Source: Candidatus Bilamarchaeaceae archaeon (GTDB lineage Archaea; Micrarchaeota; Micrarchaeia; Anstonellales; Bilamarchaeaceae). Taken from it: a stretch of 31,940 nucleotides of DNA. The notes under the pieces are model-generated. The model saw only the letters and a list, made by a program, of their open reading frames with translations, made no database searches and had not been told where the DNA came from. The DNA lies in assembly GCA_038851325.1 (NCBI GenBank), contig JAWCKZ010000010.1, forward strand, positions 1-31,940. The letters run 5' to 3'. The translations under genes were made by a program, and so were the position numbers. This document shows positions 17,398 through 26,746 of this stretch, piece after piece. Numbering within the stretch: position 1 is the stretch's first letter; each line of letters begins with the position of its first letter.

Positions 17398-17814
17398 TCA
17401 ATCTGCGGATTTGGCAAACTGAAGGATGTTTGAATTACCTTCATCGTAAACTGAAAGAACAGATACGGGGAACGGCTTACCACACACCGAACCCAACTCG
17501 AGGGTACTCCCAGGAAAAACGATCACTGGAATTCGTGATTTGTTTGCAAGATCAGTGATCTTCGTTCTTACATCTTCTGGAGTGTTTGAGGCTATCACAA
17601 AAACCTTTGCCCTCCCGAGTAGAGTAGCCATAATCCCGGTTCGTGCGCCGAATTCCACCTTCCCGCTTTCAACAGCTATTCTCACTGCTGATATAAGAGG
17701 GTTAACCTTTTCTTTCACCTTTCTTCGTCTTACTACTTTTTTCCCTTCTTTCTTCTTCGGCTCCTCGCTTTCGCCCTCCTTGGTTTTTTCTTCGATCTTT
17801 TCTGCCTCTTCCAT
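17398..17814 (-). CDS. rpl30e: 50S ribosomal protein L30e with charged N-terminal extension
   Basis: AVESGKVEFG, VIASNTP, GSTLELGSVCGKPFPVSVLSV-D-GNS. ATG 17814 follows the SD-like AGGTGG. Confidence 0.93.
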   Translation of the reverse strand: MEEAEKIEEKTKEGESEEPKKKEGKKVVRRRKVKEKVNPLISAVRIAVESGKVEFGARTGIMATLLGRAKVFVIASNTPEDVRTKITDLANKSRIPVIVFPGSTLELGSVCGKPFPVSVLSVYDEGNSNILQFAKSAD

Positions 17815-17834
17815 CAGAACCACCTGCCAATTTG

Positions 17835-18905
17835 TTATTTTAATCTCTTCATAGCTAACTTAATTCTTCCTGTTCCAACAGGAACCGTCTGACCAACAAT
17901 TATGTTCTCCGTAACACCAGCAAGCTTGTCCTCCAACGCTGTAGCCCCAGCTGATATGAGATGCTTAAGCGTCTCCTCGAATGCTGCCCTTCCAAGTATT
18001 CCTACTTTTTGACCGCTAAGGCCGTGACGACCTATAGACCTTATTGAACCAGAAAATGTCATCGCATCTGCGATGAGAGTGATATGACGGATATCAACAT
18101 AAAGCTTCTGCATGTCCATTACATCTTTTATCTCTTTTATAATTGCAGCCCTTGCTGCTTCTATCCCATACAATCGCTCTATCTCCTTTATGTTGTTGGT
18201 ATAAATCCTGATTGGGTCAACAGATGGGTGCATGATAGCGCCGAGTATATTGAATCCGCTTCCGCGCACAAAATATCCCCCGTCTTCAGACTTCACGACA
18301 ACAGACTTGTTTACTCCTTTAACGCCGCGTACAAGTGATGTCTTTATCTTGTTTGCCATTCTTCGAACAAACCTTGCGTTTATTATTTCCTCGCGCTCAG
18401 AAGAGGCGGCTTCTCCTCCTTTCTCTGTCTTTTCCTTCTTTTTTCTTTTCTTTGGTTTTATTAGAATTTTGTTTTCGGAAACGACCTTCATCTCATTAGC
18501 GTACTCCTCCAGCGCTTTTTTCAACATGGAAAACGTCACTCCGAGCGATTTGCCATCCTTTTCGCGATATTCTATTCTAACAAGATAACGCTCTAGATCA
18601 TCTGTAACGGTGGCAACATCAGAAACAAAAATACTGCCCAACTCCTTTGCAACCTTTTCGGCTTCTGAGTAGCTTTTCTCGAATTGCTTCTTCAGGTAAA
18701 TATCTATAATCGGCTTCTTTGGCTCTTTTTTCGCGTCGACAATCTCTATCAGTCTTGGCAAACCTGTTGGTACGTGCTCAGCAACACCTGCGTAGTGGAA
18801 GGTTCGCATGGTCATCTGCGTACCAGGCTCGCCTATGCTTTGCGCAGCAACAACGCCCGCAGCTTCATAAGGAGAGATTAAAAATTCATCTTTTTTAACA
18901 GCCAT
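17835..18905 (-). CDS. rpoA2: DNA-directed RNA polymerase subunit A'' (Rpo1C)
   Basis: [21 protein letters not shown] (trigger loop), [45 protein letters not shown]. Confidence 0.97.
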   Translation of the reverse strand: MAVKKDEFLISPYEAAGVVAAQSIGEPGTQMTMRTFHYAGVAEHVPTGLPRLIEIVDAKKEPKKPIIDIYLKKQFEKSYSEAEKVAKELGSIFVSDVATVTDDLERYLVRIEYREKDGKSLGVTFSMLKKALEEYANEMKVVSENKILIKPKKRKKKEKTEKGGEAASSEREEIINARFVRRMANKIKTSLVRGVKGVNKSVVVKSEDGGYFVRGSGFNILGAIMHPSVDPIRIYTNNIKEIERLYGIEAARAAIIKEIKDVMDMQKLYVDIRHITLIADAMTFSGSIRSIGRHGLSGQKVGILGRAAFEETLKHLISAGATALEDKLAGVTENIIVGQTVPVGTGRIKLAMKRLK

Positions 18906-18917
18906 AATCAACGCCTC

Positions 18918-21539
18918 CTATGCAGTGTCAAAATCGTCCTCCTTTGCAGCAACAAGAAGTTCTGCTTTTGATGCAAACATTGGGTCCTTTCCATCACCGC
19001 CGTACAAAAATTGAACGATGCTCATATCCGCGTTTCGCACTGTCAAATCTTCATAAACAACAAGGTCTTGGAGAGCATTTATGAGCCTCCGCTGCATGTA
19101 GCCAGAACGCGCGGTCCTTATCGCTGTGTTGACGAGCGCTTCCCTTCCGCCCATCGCATGAGCTAAAAATTCGTACACCTTTAGTCCGTCTCTAAACGAA
19201 GAGTAGACAAATCCACGCTCTTTCCCAGTAAGCATGCCGGGCTCAAAATAAGGAAGAAGCCTTCCTTTATAGCCGCGTGCGGGCCTCTTGTTCCTAACGC
19301 TCTGCTGCGCAACTACCGCTGCCATCTGAATTGCATTAAGCAAGCTACCTCTTGCACCAATCTTAGCCATTATAATTGATGGGTTGCTAGTTGTCAAGTC
19401 CTCCTCAACGATCTTTCCTATCTCATCCCTAGTCCTTGAGGTTACCTGCACTATCAACGCTTCGAGTGTTTCCTTTGATGTCATTCCTGGAGCACGCTCA
19501 AGCGATTTGTTTTTGTATTGAACTATCAGATTGTCTATTTCGCGGTTCATTCTTTCAAGAATTTCATGCGTCCTTTTCTTCGCCTTTTCAGATAATGAAT
19601 AATCCTTTAGAGAAACACTAAGACCATGCGCAGTGATAACATCAAGAGCAAGGCGCGTTGAATTATTGAGGAAGTTGCTTGTCCACTCCGGACCGTGCGT
19701 AAGGAAGATTTTTTCTAAGAGCTCTCCTGCCATAACATTACTCTCAAGTGCTCCTTTCACCAACTTTCCCTGGCGTATTACGACCTCCTCGCCCATCTTA
19801 GATTTAACTTTCAGACTTAAATCCTTCGGCAACAGCAAAGATAGCAAAAGCCTTCCAGAGTATTTTCCTCCTTTTCGATCCGGCTCTGGAAGGTCTGTGA
19901 TACCAGTAAGATAAACAAGGTTTGACGCCTCTTCTTTTGTAAACTCGGTCTCCTCAGCTGTTAAAAAATAAAAACCAGATATGTGGTCCTCCTGCGGCTT
20001 TATTATCGCATGGCCATGCCTTGGAGAAAGAATCTGCTTCTCAACAGCCATAAGATGAAGCGCCTCTGCTTGTGCCTCCTCTGTTTGTATTATATGAAGA
20101 TTCATCTCGTCACCGTCAAAGTCTGCGTTGTAAGGTGGGCACACAAGTGGATTAAGCCTAAATGTTTTTCCAGGCAGTATCTTAACAAGATGGCACATCA
20201 TGGATATTCTATGAAGGGAGGGTTGCCTATTGAATATGGATATATCGCCATCCACGATCTGTCTTTCCACAACCCACCCAACCTTCAATCCTTCAGCAAG
20301 CTCTTTTTTTATCTCCGGTGAATCTACAACCTTTATCCTTTTTCCATCTGCTCGAATAAGATAAAGGGCTTTTGGATAAGTCTCAGAAAGAATGTATTTT
20401 TTGAGTTCATCTATGTTCCACTCTGTAACGGTTATTGGAACTGTTAGTTCCTCAGCAACTGCCCTTGGGACACCAACTTCGTTCAGGCTTATGCGAGGAT
20501 CTGGCGAGACAACAGTTCTGGCTGAGAAATTAACACGTTTACCCGAAAGGTTGTAACGGAAGCGACCTTCTTTTCCTTTCAATCTCTGCGCGAGTGTTTT
20601 GAGTGGCCTCCCGCTTCTATGCCGCGCGGGCGGAATGTTTGCGGTCTCATTGTTAAAGTACGTAGTGACATGGTATTGGAGTAGCTCCCAGAGATCCTCT
20701 ATAATTAGCTGAGGCGCGCCTGCATTTATGTTTGCTTCAAGTTTCTGGTTAATTCTTATTATATCGACAAGTTTGTGAGTTAAGTCATCCTCGCTTCTCT
20801 CTCCGGTCTCGAGTGTTATAGATGGTCGCACATTCACAGGTGGAACAGGAAGCACGGTGAGAACCAGCCACTCTGGGCGCGAATAAATCGGGTCGAAACC
20901 AAGTGCACGAATATCGGTATCCCTTAAAGAAGCGAGCCAGTCGCGGACCTCGCTTTGAAGCATTGGTTCATCATCCTTGAGGAAGGTCGTTGGCTTCAAT
21001 ATTTTTATTTCTGGAAGTGGCACGCCGCAATGCGGACATGGGGGTCTTTTCTTCTTTCCTGAAACATCTGGTTTTTCCTTCTCTGTCGCTCCCTCGCCAA
21101 CTCCAACCTGTACTGTCTTTTCTTCTTCGATAAGAGAAGGTATTTCCTCCTCCGCCCCTTTCCCGGTCTCCTTCTCCATCTTTTCCTCTTTCTCTTCTGG
21201 TATCTCCAGCGGTTTTTCTGAGATTAGCTTATGACAATTCGGACACGTTGATTTTAATACATGATATATGTGCTTTACAAACTCTACGTGAATCACAGGT
21301 CTAACAAGCTCTATGTGGCCGAAGTGACCTGGGCATTCCTTTACCCTTCCCCCACATGTTTTGCATCTCAAACCAGGGTCAACTACTCCAAGCCTAGTAT
21401 CGACCAAGCCGCCATCGATCGGATATCCGTCATCATCGTATGTATCAGGGATAACGATCTTTGCAGCAGACATCTTCCTTACTATTTCAGGTGAGAAAAT
21501 AGAAAACCTAATTTTATCAAGAACATGTTGGAGTTCCAT
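18918..21539 (-). CDS. rpoA1: DNA-directed RNA polymerase subunit A' (Rpo1N)
   Basis: CKTC...CPGHFGHIEL, GKEGRFRYNLSGKRVNFSAR, catalytic YNADFDGDEMN, TARSGYMQRRL. Confidence 0.98.
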   Translation of the reverse strand: MELQHVLDKIRFSIFSPEIVRKMSAAKIVIPDTYDDDGYPIDGGLVDTRLGVVDPGLRCKTCGGRVKECPGHFGHIELVRPVIHVEFVKHIYHVLKSTCPNCHKLISEKPLEIPEEKEEKMEKETGKGAEEEIPSLIEEEKTVQVGVGEGATEKEKPDVSGKKKRPPCPHCGVPLPEIKILKPTTFLKDDEPMLQSEVRDWLASLRDTDIRALGFDPIYSRPEWLVLTVLPVPPVNVRPSITLETGERSEDDLTHKLVDIIRINQKLEANINAGAPQLIIEDLWELLQYHVTTYFNNETANIPPARHRSGRPLKTLAQRLKGKEGRFRYNLSGKRVNFSARTVVSPDPRISLNEVGVPRAVAEELTVPITVTEWNIDELKKYILSETYPKALYLIRADGKRIKVVDSPEIKKELAEGLKVGWVVERQIVDGDISIFNRQPSLHRISMMCHLVKILPGKTFRLNPLVCPPYNADFDGDEMNLHIIQTEEAQAEALHLMAVEKQILSPRHGHAIIKPQEDHISGFYFLTAEETEFTKEEASNLVYLTGITDLPEPDRKGGKYSGRLLLSLLLPKDLSLKVKSKMGEEVVIRQGKLVKGALESNVMAGELLEKIFLTHGPEWTSNFLNNSTRLALDVITAHGLSVSLKDYSLSEKAKKRTHEILERMNREIDNLIVQYKNKSLERAPGMTSKETLEALIVQVTSRTRDEIGKIVEEDLTTSNPSIIMAKIGARGSLLNAIQMAAVVAQQSVRNKRPARGYKGRLLPYFEPGMLTGKERGFVYSSFRDGLKVYEFLAHAMGGREALVNTAIRTARSGYMQRRLINALQDLVVYEDLTVRNADMSIVQFLYGGDGKDPMFASKAELLVAAKEDDFDTA

Positions 21540-21540
21540 T

Positions 21541-23361
21541 TTATTCCCCCTTCTTTTTGAGCATTAATCTCGGAAAAACGTAAAGTGATTTTATCTCGTC
21601 TAGAAGAAGCTTAAACGCATAGCTCATCTCAACTGGCTGGATATTTTCCCCTCCGCACACAGGGCATATGTCTTTATTCTTGCTATAATCGTGCGTTGCT
21701 GTGGAACCGCAATCCAAACAAATCAGTTGATTTGTCTTATCGCTTTCTTCAAGAAGTCTTTCTTTTATTAACATACTTGCTCCGTAGCCGATAAGGCAGT
21801 CTCTTTCCATCTCACCAAAACGAAGACCACCTTCGCGTGCGCGGCCTTCTGTTGGCTGGTGCGTAAGCAACTGGACAGGGCCTCGACTTCTGACATGCAT
21901 CTTGTTTGAAACAAGATGGTGAAGACGCTGATAGTAGACCACGCCAATGAAAATCTTCACTTTTATCTGCTTTCCAGTCGAGCCGTCATAGAGAATCTCC
22001 TCCCCATACTCATCAAAACCGGCTTTTCTCAGAATTTCTCTATATTCCTCTTCTTTGTTTCCACTGAAAGCGCTTCCGTCCATCAGCAACCCGCCCACGG
22101 CGCCTGCCTTTCCTCCAAGCATCTCCAGAAGATGGCCTGCTGTCATACGGCTTGGAATTGCGTGCGGATTTACAATAAGGTCAGGGACGATCCCGCTTTC
22201 AGTAAATGGCATGTCGTGATGCGGAACCAGTATCCCTATCACACCCTTCTGACCATGTCTAGAGGCAAGCTTATCACCTATCTCTGGTATCTTTACGCTC
22301 CTCACTCTCACCTTTACGAGTCTGTTCCCGCTCGGCCCTTCTGTTATAAGGACCGAATCAACCTTTCCTTCTTCCCCTGACTTAAGCGCCAACGAACTTT
22401 CTCTTTTCTTCTCTTCAACCGCACCAAAGACAGATATTTCTTCTAGAAATCTCGGGGGAGATGTTTTTCCTACAAGTACATCCTTACCGCTCACATCACT
22501 TTCCGGTATAACTATACCGTCCTCATCAAGATGTGCGTACGCCTCCTCTCCCCTGTATCCACCAACATCAGGGGTTGGCAGTTCTATGGTATCTTTTTGT
22601 CCTCCCGGATATACTCTCTCTTCTGTTTCGTATGTTCTAAACATAACGGTTCGACCAAGCCCGCGTTCGACCGCACCCTTGTTCACGATTATCGCATCCG
22701 CCATGTTATACCCATGATAACTTGCCAGCGCCACAACACAATTCTGACCTGCTGCTTTCTCTCTCAGATTAAGCGCTCTATAAACCTTCGTAGAAACTAT
22801 TGGCTCCTGCGGGTAGTACATAACATACGCACGAGTGTCGTATCTTGAGTTGAAGTTGGCAGCATATATGCCAAGCGACTGCTTTGCCATGGCGCATGCC
22901 ATCGTGATCCTAGGGGAAGAGTTATACTCAGGATATGGAAGAACAGACGCAACAACACCAAATATGTTGGCTGGGTCAACCTCAAGATGCGTGTGCCTTT
23001 CTGTTAACTCCTCTAAACTTGGCGCTACAAATGCGTTTTCCTCCTCTAAAGCATCAAGGTACTCAACTATGCCCATCCTTACTAGATGCTGCCATGTCAG
23101 TTCGTTGTTCCTAAGACGTGCGAGTATCTCTGGTGTTAGCCTTGGTTTTCCATTCTCAACCACTATATATGGACGCCTTACCCTTCCTCTGTCACTCACG
23201 ATATGCAGTTCATTCAGCTTTTCATTATAGTAAATATTTATTTGATAATTCAACTCATTCATCCTTCGCCTTTCTCGCAGTCTTTGTGCAAGACTCCTAC
23301 CATCAGAATGATAACCTATAAGCCTGCCGTTAAGATAAACCGCGGTTTTTTGCCTTTTCAT
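21541..23361 (-). CDS. rpoB1: DNA-directed RNA polymerase subunit B' (C-terminal half of Rpo2)
   Basis: GDKLASRHGQKG, PDLIVNPHAIPSRMT, QPTEGRAREGGLRFGEMERD, C-terminal zinc CLDC/CPVC, SYAFKLL. Confidence 0.98.
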   Translation of the reverse strand: MKRQKTAVYLNGRLIGYHSDGRSLAQRLRERRRMNELNYQINIYYNEKLNELHIVSDRGRVRRPYIVVENGKPRLTPEILARLRNNELTWQHLVRMGIVEYLDALEEENAFVAPSLEELTERHTHLEVDPANIFGVVASVLPYPEYNSSPRITMACAMAKQSLGIYAANFNSRYDTRAYVMYYPQEPIVSTKVYRALNLREKAAGQNCVVALASYHGYNMADAIIVNKGAVERGLGRTVMFRTYETEERVYPGGQKDTIELPTPDVGGYRGEEAYAHLDEDGIVIPESDVSGKDVLVGKTSPPRFLEEISVFGAVEEKKRESSLALKSGEEGKVDSVLITEGPSGNRLVKVRVRSVKIPEIGDKLASRHGQKGVIGILVPHHDMPFTESGIVPDLIVNPHAIPSRMTAGHLLEMLGGKAGAVGGLLMDGSAFSGNKEEEYREILRKAGFDEYGEEILYDGSTGKQIKVKIFIGVVYYQRLHHLVSNKMHVRSRGPVQLLTHQPTEGRAREGGLRFGEMERDCLIGYGASMLIKERLLEESDKTNQLICLDCGSTATHDYSKNKDICPVCGGENIQPVEMSYAFKLLLDEIKSLYVFPRLMLKKKGE

Positions 23362-23366
23362 GAAAA

Positions 23367-24836
23367 TCAGCCCTCCTTTTCCTCTTCCCGCACGTCGTAA
23401 GATTTAAGCACTTTTAATACCTCTTCATCCTCAAAACCAGTTGACACCTCTGCCATAATTGAGAGGTTTTTTACAAGAGAACAACTAGGACCCTCTGGCG
23501 TTTCATTCGGGCAGAGTTTACCGATATGGCTTCCGTGAAGATCCCTTGCCTTGAAATGCGGATGCTTCTTGCTTAACGGCGATATTACTCTCCTGAGATG
23601 CGATATGGTGGAAAGATAGCTGACACGGTCAAGCAGTTGAGACACGCCTGTTTGTCCTGCTATCCAGTTTCCTGTTGCCATTGCATATCTTATTCTGTCA
23701 GCCATGGCGTCCTGCCTAACAAGGGTATGCACCTGAAGCCTCCTCCCACGCGCATCTGCCCGCGATACCTGATATACAAGGTCTTTTGTCAAAAACTGAA
23801 AAGCGTAACGGAACAACTCCTCCATTAGATCGCCGGCCAACTTTACTCTCTTGTTTGCATAGTGGTCTTTATCATCTTGTGCTATCTTCTTGTGCGCAAC
23901 CGCCGTCGCTCGCTCGGCCATCCCTATGAGGAATTTTGCCTTAGCCATCCTTGTCGCCCTGGTTATTCCTATGTGCGGAAGAAGGTAATTATCGATAAGG
24001 CTTTCCATCCTATTGAGACGGAATTCCTGTGGCTGGCCTGGCGAGAGTTTCCTACTTAGAGCATCCACCGCATCGTCTCTTGTCTTCGTTTTTTCTTCTT
24101 CAAGATTTAGGATAACATCGTTTCTTACCTGCAACTCATCTGAAAATGCTTTTTTTATCTCTTCGTCGCTTCCCAGTCCAAGAACGCGAAGAAGCATCAT
24201 GAGCGATATCCCTGGCGGAGACGAGGGAAACTCAACCGAATAAAGGCCCTCTGCATTTCTTTCTACCACGCACCTTGCTCTGAAACCATAATATGTTGAG
24301 AATATCTTTGCGATCACAACTCCCTGCTCCTTTGTGACCATAAGACGATTTGGCACGAGGTCCTCTATGCTGACAAGAACGCGCTCGCTTCCGTTTATTA
24401 TAAAATAACCGCCGGGATCATCCGGGTCCTCACCATTATCTATGAGCTCTTTTCTTCCCATCCCAGATAGGTAGCAGAGTTTTGATTTTATCATTACAGG
24501 AATCTCCCCTATGAAAACGTCAGAATACGTCGGCCTCTCAACTCCGTTAAACACAGGAATTATCTCAAGAAACACAGGGGAAGCATATGTAATGTTCCGC
24601 AACCTTGCCTCTTGTGGGAGTATCGCCCTGTACCCTCCGCGAACCTCGTAGTATCTTGGCTGTTCGACACGAATCTTACCAAGCTTAAGCTCAAAGCCCT
24701 CCACGTTGGTTTGAATGGTGCCCACGCGATCAATGGCGAGTTGCATTCCTTTCTCTATAAAAGAGTTAAACGAAGAAAGTTGCTGATTGACAATACTATT
24801 ACTTCTAAAGTATGTACTTACAAGCTCGTTGATCAT
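23367..24836 (-). CDS. rpoB2: DNA-directed RNA polymerase subunit B'' (N-terminal half of Rpo2)
   Basis: QQLSSFNSFI, PQEARLRNITY, DPGGYFIINGSERV, DDKDHYANKR, ARDLH, CPNETPEG-SC-LVKNL. Start ATG 24836 or GTG 24845. Confidence 0.97.
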   Translation of the reverse strand: MINELVSTYFRSNSIVNQQLSSFNSFIEKGMQLAIDRVGTIQTNVEGFELKLGKIRVEQPRYYEVRGGYRAILPQEARLRNITYASPVFLEIIPVFNGVERPTYSDVFIGEIPVMIKSKLCYLSGMGRKELIDNGEDPDDPGGYFIINGSERVLVSIEDLVPNRLMVTKEQGVVIAKIFSTYYGFRARCVVERNAEGLYSVEFPSSPPGISLMMLLRVLGLGSDEEIKKAFSDELQVRNDVILNLEEEKTKTRDDAVDALSRKLSPGQPQEFRLNRMESLIDNYLLPHIGITRATRMAKAKFLIGMAERATAVAHKKIAQDDKDHYANKRVKLAGDLMEELFRYAFQFLTKDLVYQVSRADARGRRLQVHTLVRQDAMADRIRYAMATGNWIAGQTGVSQLLDRVSYLSTISHLRRVISPLSKKHPHFKARDLHGSHIGKLCPNETPEGPSCSLVKNLSIMAEVSTGFEDEEVLKVLKSYDVREEEKEG

Positions 24837-24856
24837 TATATGCACCTACCACTAAA

Positions 24857-25126
24857 TTATTTTTCGACAACAACACGGTAAGCATAGTATTTTCCAGATG
24901 TATCATTCCGCTCGATTTGTATAACGTCTCCGATTTTCGCGCCCAATGCCCTTACAGCAGGGTCGCTTGCCTTAAATTTAGGTAGCTGGTCTTCGACTAT
25001 ACCAAACCTTTGCAGAACTCGCTTTTTAGCATCCTCGCTCAATATCTCCATTTTCGGCATAAGCCAATATGACAAGACGTCGAGCTCGCCCATAACTTTT
25101 TTCTTTCCTTTTTCGGATTTCTTCAA
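24857..25126 (-). CDS. rpoH: DNA-directed RNA polymerase subunit H (Rpo5)
   Basis: LMPKMEILS, QLPKF--SDPAV--LGAK-GDVIQIER, YAYRVVV. TTG start preceded by the SD-like GGTGAT. Confidence 0.95.
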   Translation of the reverse strand: MKKSEKGKKKVMGELDVLSYWLMPKMEILSEDAKKRVLQRFGIVEDQLPKFKASDPAVRALGAKIGDVIQIERNDTSGKYYAYRVVVEK

Positions 25127-25255
25127 GCAGGATCACCCAGGCTTCTATTGAGCTGCTCCTGCACGACACACGACGGGCAGCGGCGATAACCATACCCATG
25201 GCGAACCCAATAGCGGAGCAGAACGACTAAGGTATCTCTTTTTTTAAAGGAAACT

Positions 25256-25270
25256 CTTATAAATGTTTCG
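25256..25270 (-). promoter_or_regulatory. Putative BRE/TATA promoter of the RNA polymerase operon
   Basis: Minus strand CGAAACA-TTTATAAG, implying a TSS near 25230 and a ~100-nt 5' UTR. Confidence 0.55.
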
Positions 25271-25349
25271 TTCGGCAAGGCTCGGTGAGCGGCTTTGGGC
25301 TGGCGAATTGGTCTGAACGCTACTATTTTAAATAGGGAAGTACAAAATA

Positions 25350-25826
25350 ATGCTTATGCAAGAAAAGACTGTAAAAATCGACAAAAAGGACAGTGAAATA
25401 CTAAAGGAATTACGCGAGAATTGCCGCAATTCTGTGAAAAACATAGCGCTAAAAGTAAAGATGCATCCGAATACCATCTTGCAGAGGATAAAACGACTTG
25501 AACGGCTCGGAGTAATACGAGGGTATAAAGCAGACATAAATTTTAGGAAGATTGGCTACGACTTTCATGCGCTTGTCATGCTTCGCTCAAAAAAACCAGA
25601 GGCAGTGAAAGATGAAGAAACCGTTAAAAAACTGCTTCGTATAGCAGAGATAGAAAGCCTCTACGTACTTACAGGAGAGAGTGATTGGGCGGTTGTGGTT
25701 CGAGCGATTGACAGGGAACATTTTATGAATGTTCTCAGCCGCATACAGGGGGAAACGCAATTGAAAACAATTACATCTGTAATCCTGCACACGTATAAAT
25801 ATCCGTATGAATTTAACCCGCTTTAA
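25350..25826 (+). CDS. Lrp/AsnC family transcriptional regulator
   Basis: IDKKDSEILKELRENCR-S---IA, RIKRLE--GVIRGY HTH, and C-terminal LTGESD RAM domain. Confidence 0.94.
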   Translation: MLMQEKTVKIDKKDSEILKELRENCRNSVKNIALKVKMHPNTILQRIKRLERLGVIRGYKADINFRKIGYDFHALVMLRSKKPEAVKDEETVKKLLRIAEIESLYVLTGESDWAVVVRAIDREHFMNVLSRIQGETQLKTITSVILHTYKYPYEFNPL

Positions 25827-25846
25827 GCGGGGCTGGTGAGATTTAA

Positions 25847-26746
25847 ATGAAAATTCTTCTTCAATTTCCCGAAGGTCTAAAACGAATCGCTGCAGAGCAG
25901 GCGGAAAATTACAGAAAAAGAGGGTATGATGTCTTTCTGTCTGCTTCGCCATGCTATGGTGCGTGTGACGTAGCGCTCGAGGAGGCGAAAGCGATCGGGG
26001 TTGATAAAATTGTTCATTTTGGCCACGCGCCCTTTCTAAAGAGCGCTTCTATCCCTATCGAATACATACAATGGCATGATGATGTTGTATTAAATAAAAT
26101 AATAGCTGCTGCAAAAAAAATTCCTGAAAAGGCGATTGCGCTAGGCACAACTGTTCAGCATGTTCATCAGTTTGCTGAGATTAAAGGCGCGCTTGAAAAA
26201 GCAGGAAAGATAGTTTTCACAAGAAAAGGGAGGCGCTGTCCATACAAGGGACAAATTCTTGGCTGTGATTTTGGAGCATTGAACATCAAAGAGGCGGAGG
26301 CTGCCGTTGTTATAGCAAGCGGAGCCTTTCACGGTGTGGGCATTCATTTAGATAAGCCCGTTTACATCATACATCCAAAAACAGGAGAACTAAAAAACGT
26401 AAGCGAGGAGATACAAAAAGCAAGAAAGAGAAGAAAAGGGGCTGTGCTAAAAGCAGTTGGCGCAAGATTCTTTGGTGTTATGTTGAGCACAAAACTCGGC
26501 CAATTTAACCCCGCCCTTGCAACAGCACTTGCAAAAAGAATAAGAAGGGCTGGACGAAACGCAGAGGTGATAGTCTCGAATAACCTCGACCCGAGTACAT
26601 TGAATAACTTTGCATTCGATGCGTTCGTGAACACAGCCTGCCCCAGAATCGCTGATGATCAGGAAGCGTATGGAAAACCTATTCTTAACCCAGATATGCT
26701 GGAGGAGGTTTTCAGGATTTGGAAGGGGCTAAAGAGTGCTCCCTGA
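25847..26746 (+). CDS. dph2: Diphthamide biosynthesis radical enzyme Dph2
   Basis: LLQFPEGLK, CYGACD, VHFGH, GQILGC, STKLGQ, VNTACPRI (three cluster Cys). Confidence 0.95.
   Translation: MKILLQFPEGLKRIAAEQAENYRKRGYDVFLSASPCYGACDVALEEAKAIGVDKIVHFGHAPFLKSASIPIEYIQWHDDVVLNKIIAAAKKIPEKAIALGTTVQHVHQFAEIKGALEKAGKIVFTRKGRRCPYKGQILGCDFGALNIKEAEAAVVIASGAFHGVGIHLDKPVYIIHPKTGELKNVSEEIQKARKRRKGAVLKAVGARFFGVMLSTKLGQFNPALATALAKRIRRAGRNAEVIVSNNLDPSTLNNFAFDAFVNTACPRIADDQEAYGKPILNPDMLEEVFRIWKGLKSAP

Noticed and set aside
13110..24845. Inteins in nrdJ or RNA polymerase subunits
   Set aside because: Proteins are of normal length with contiguous conserved motifs and no C/S...HN-C/S/T intein boundaries.
25270..25320. 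GC-rich stem (CGTTCGG/CTGAACG) between divergent TATA boxes as an ncRNA
   Set aside because: Weak pairing, no recognisable motif, and it lies upstream of both predicted start sites.
25817..25831. Hairpin CCCGC-TTTAA-GCGGG over the lrp stop codon as an IS200/IS605 end
   Set aside because: Too short, partly coding, with no tnpA/tnpB or second end.
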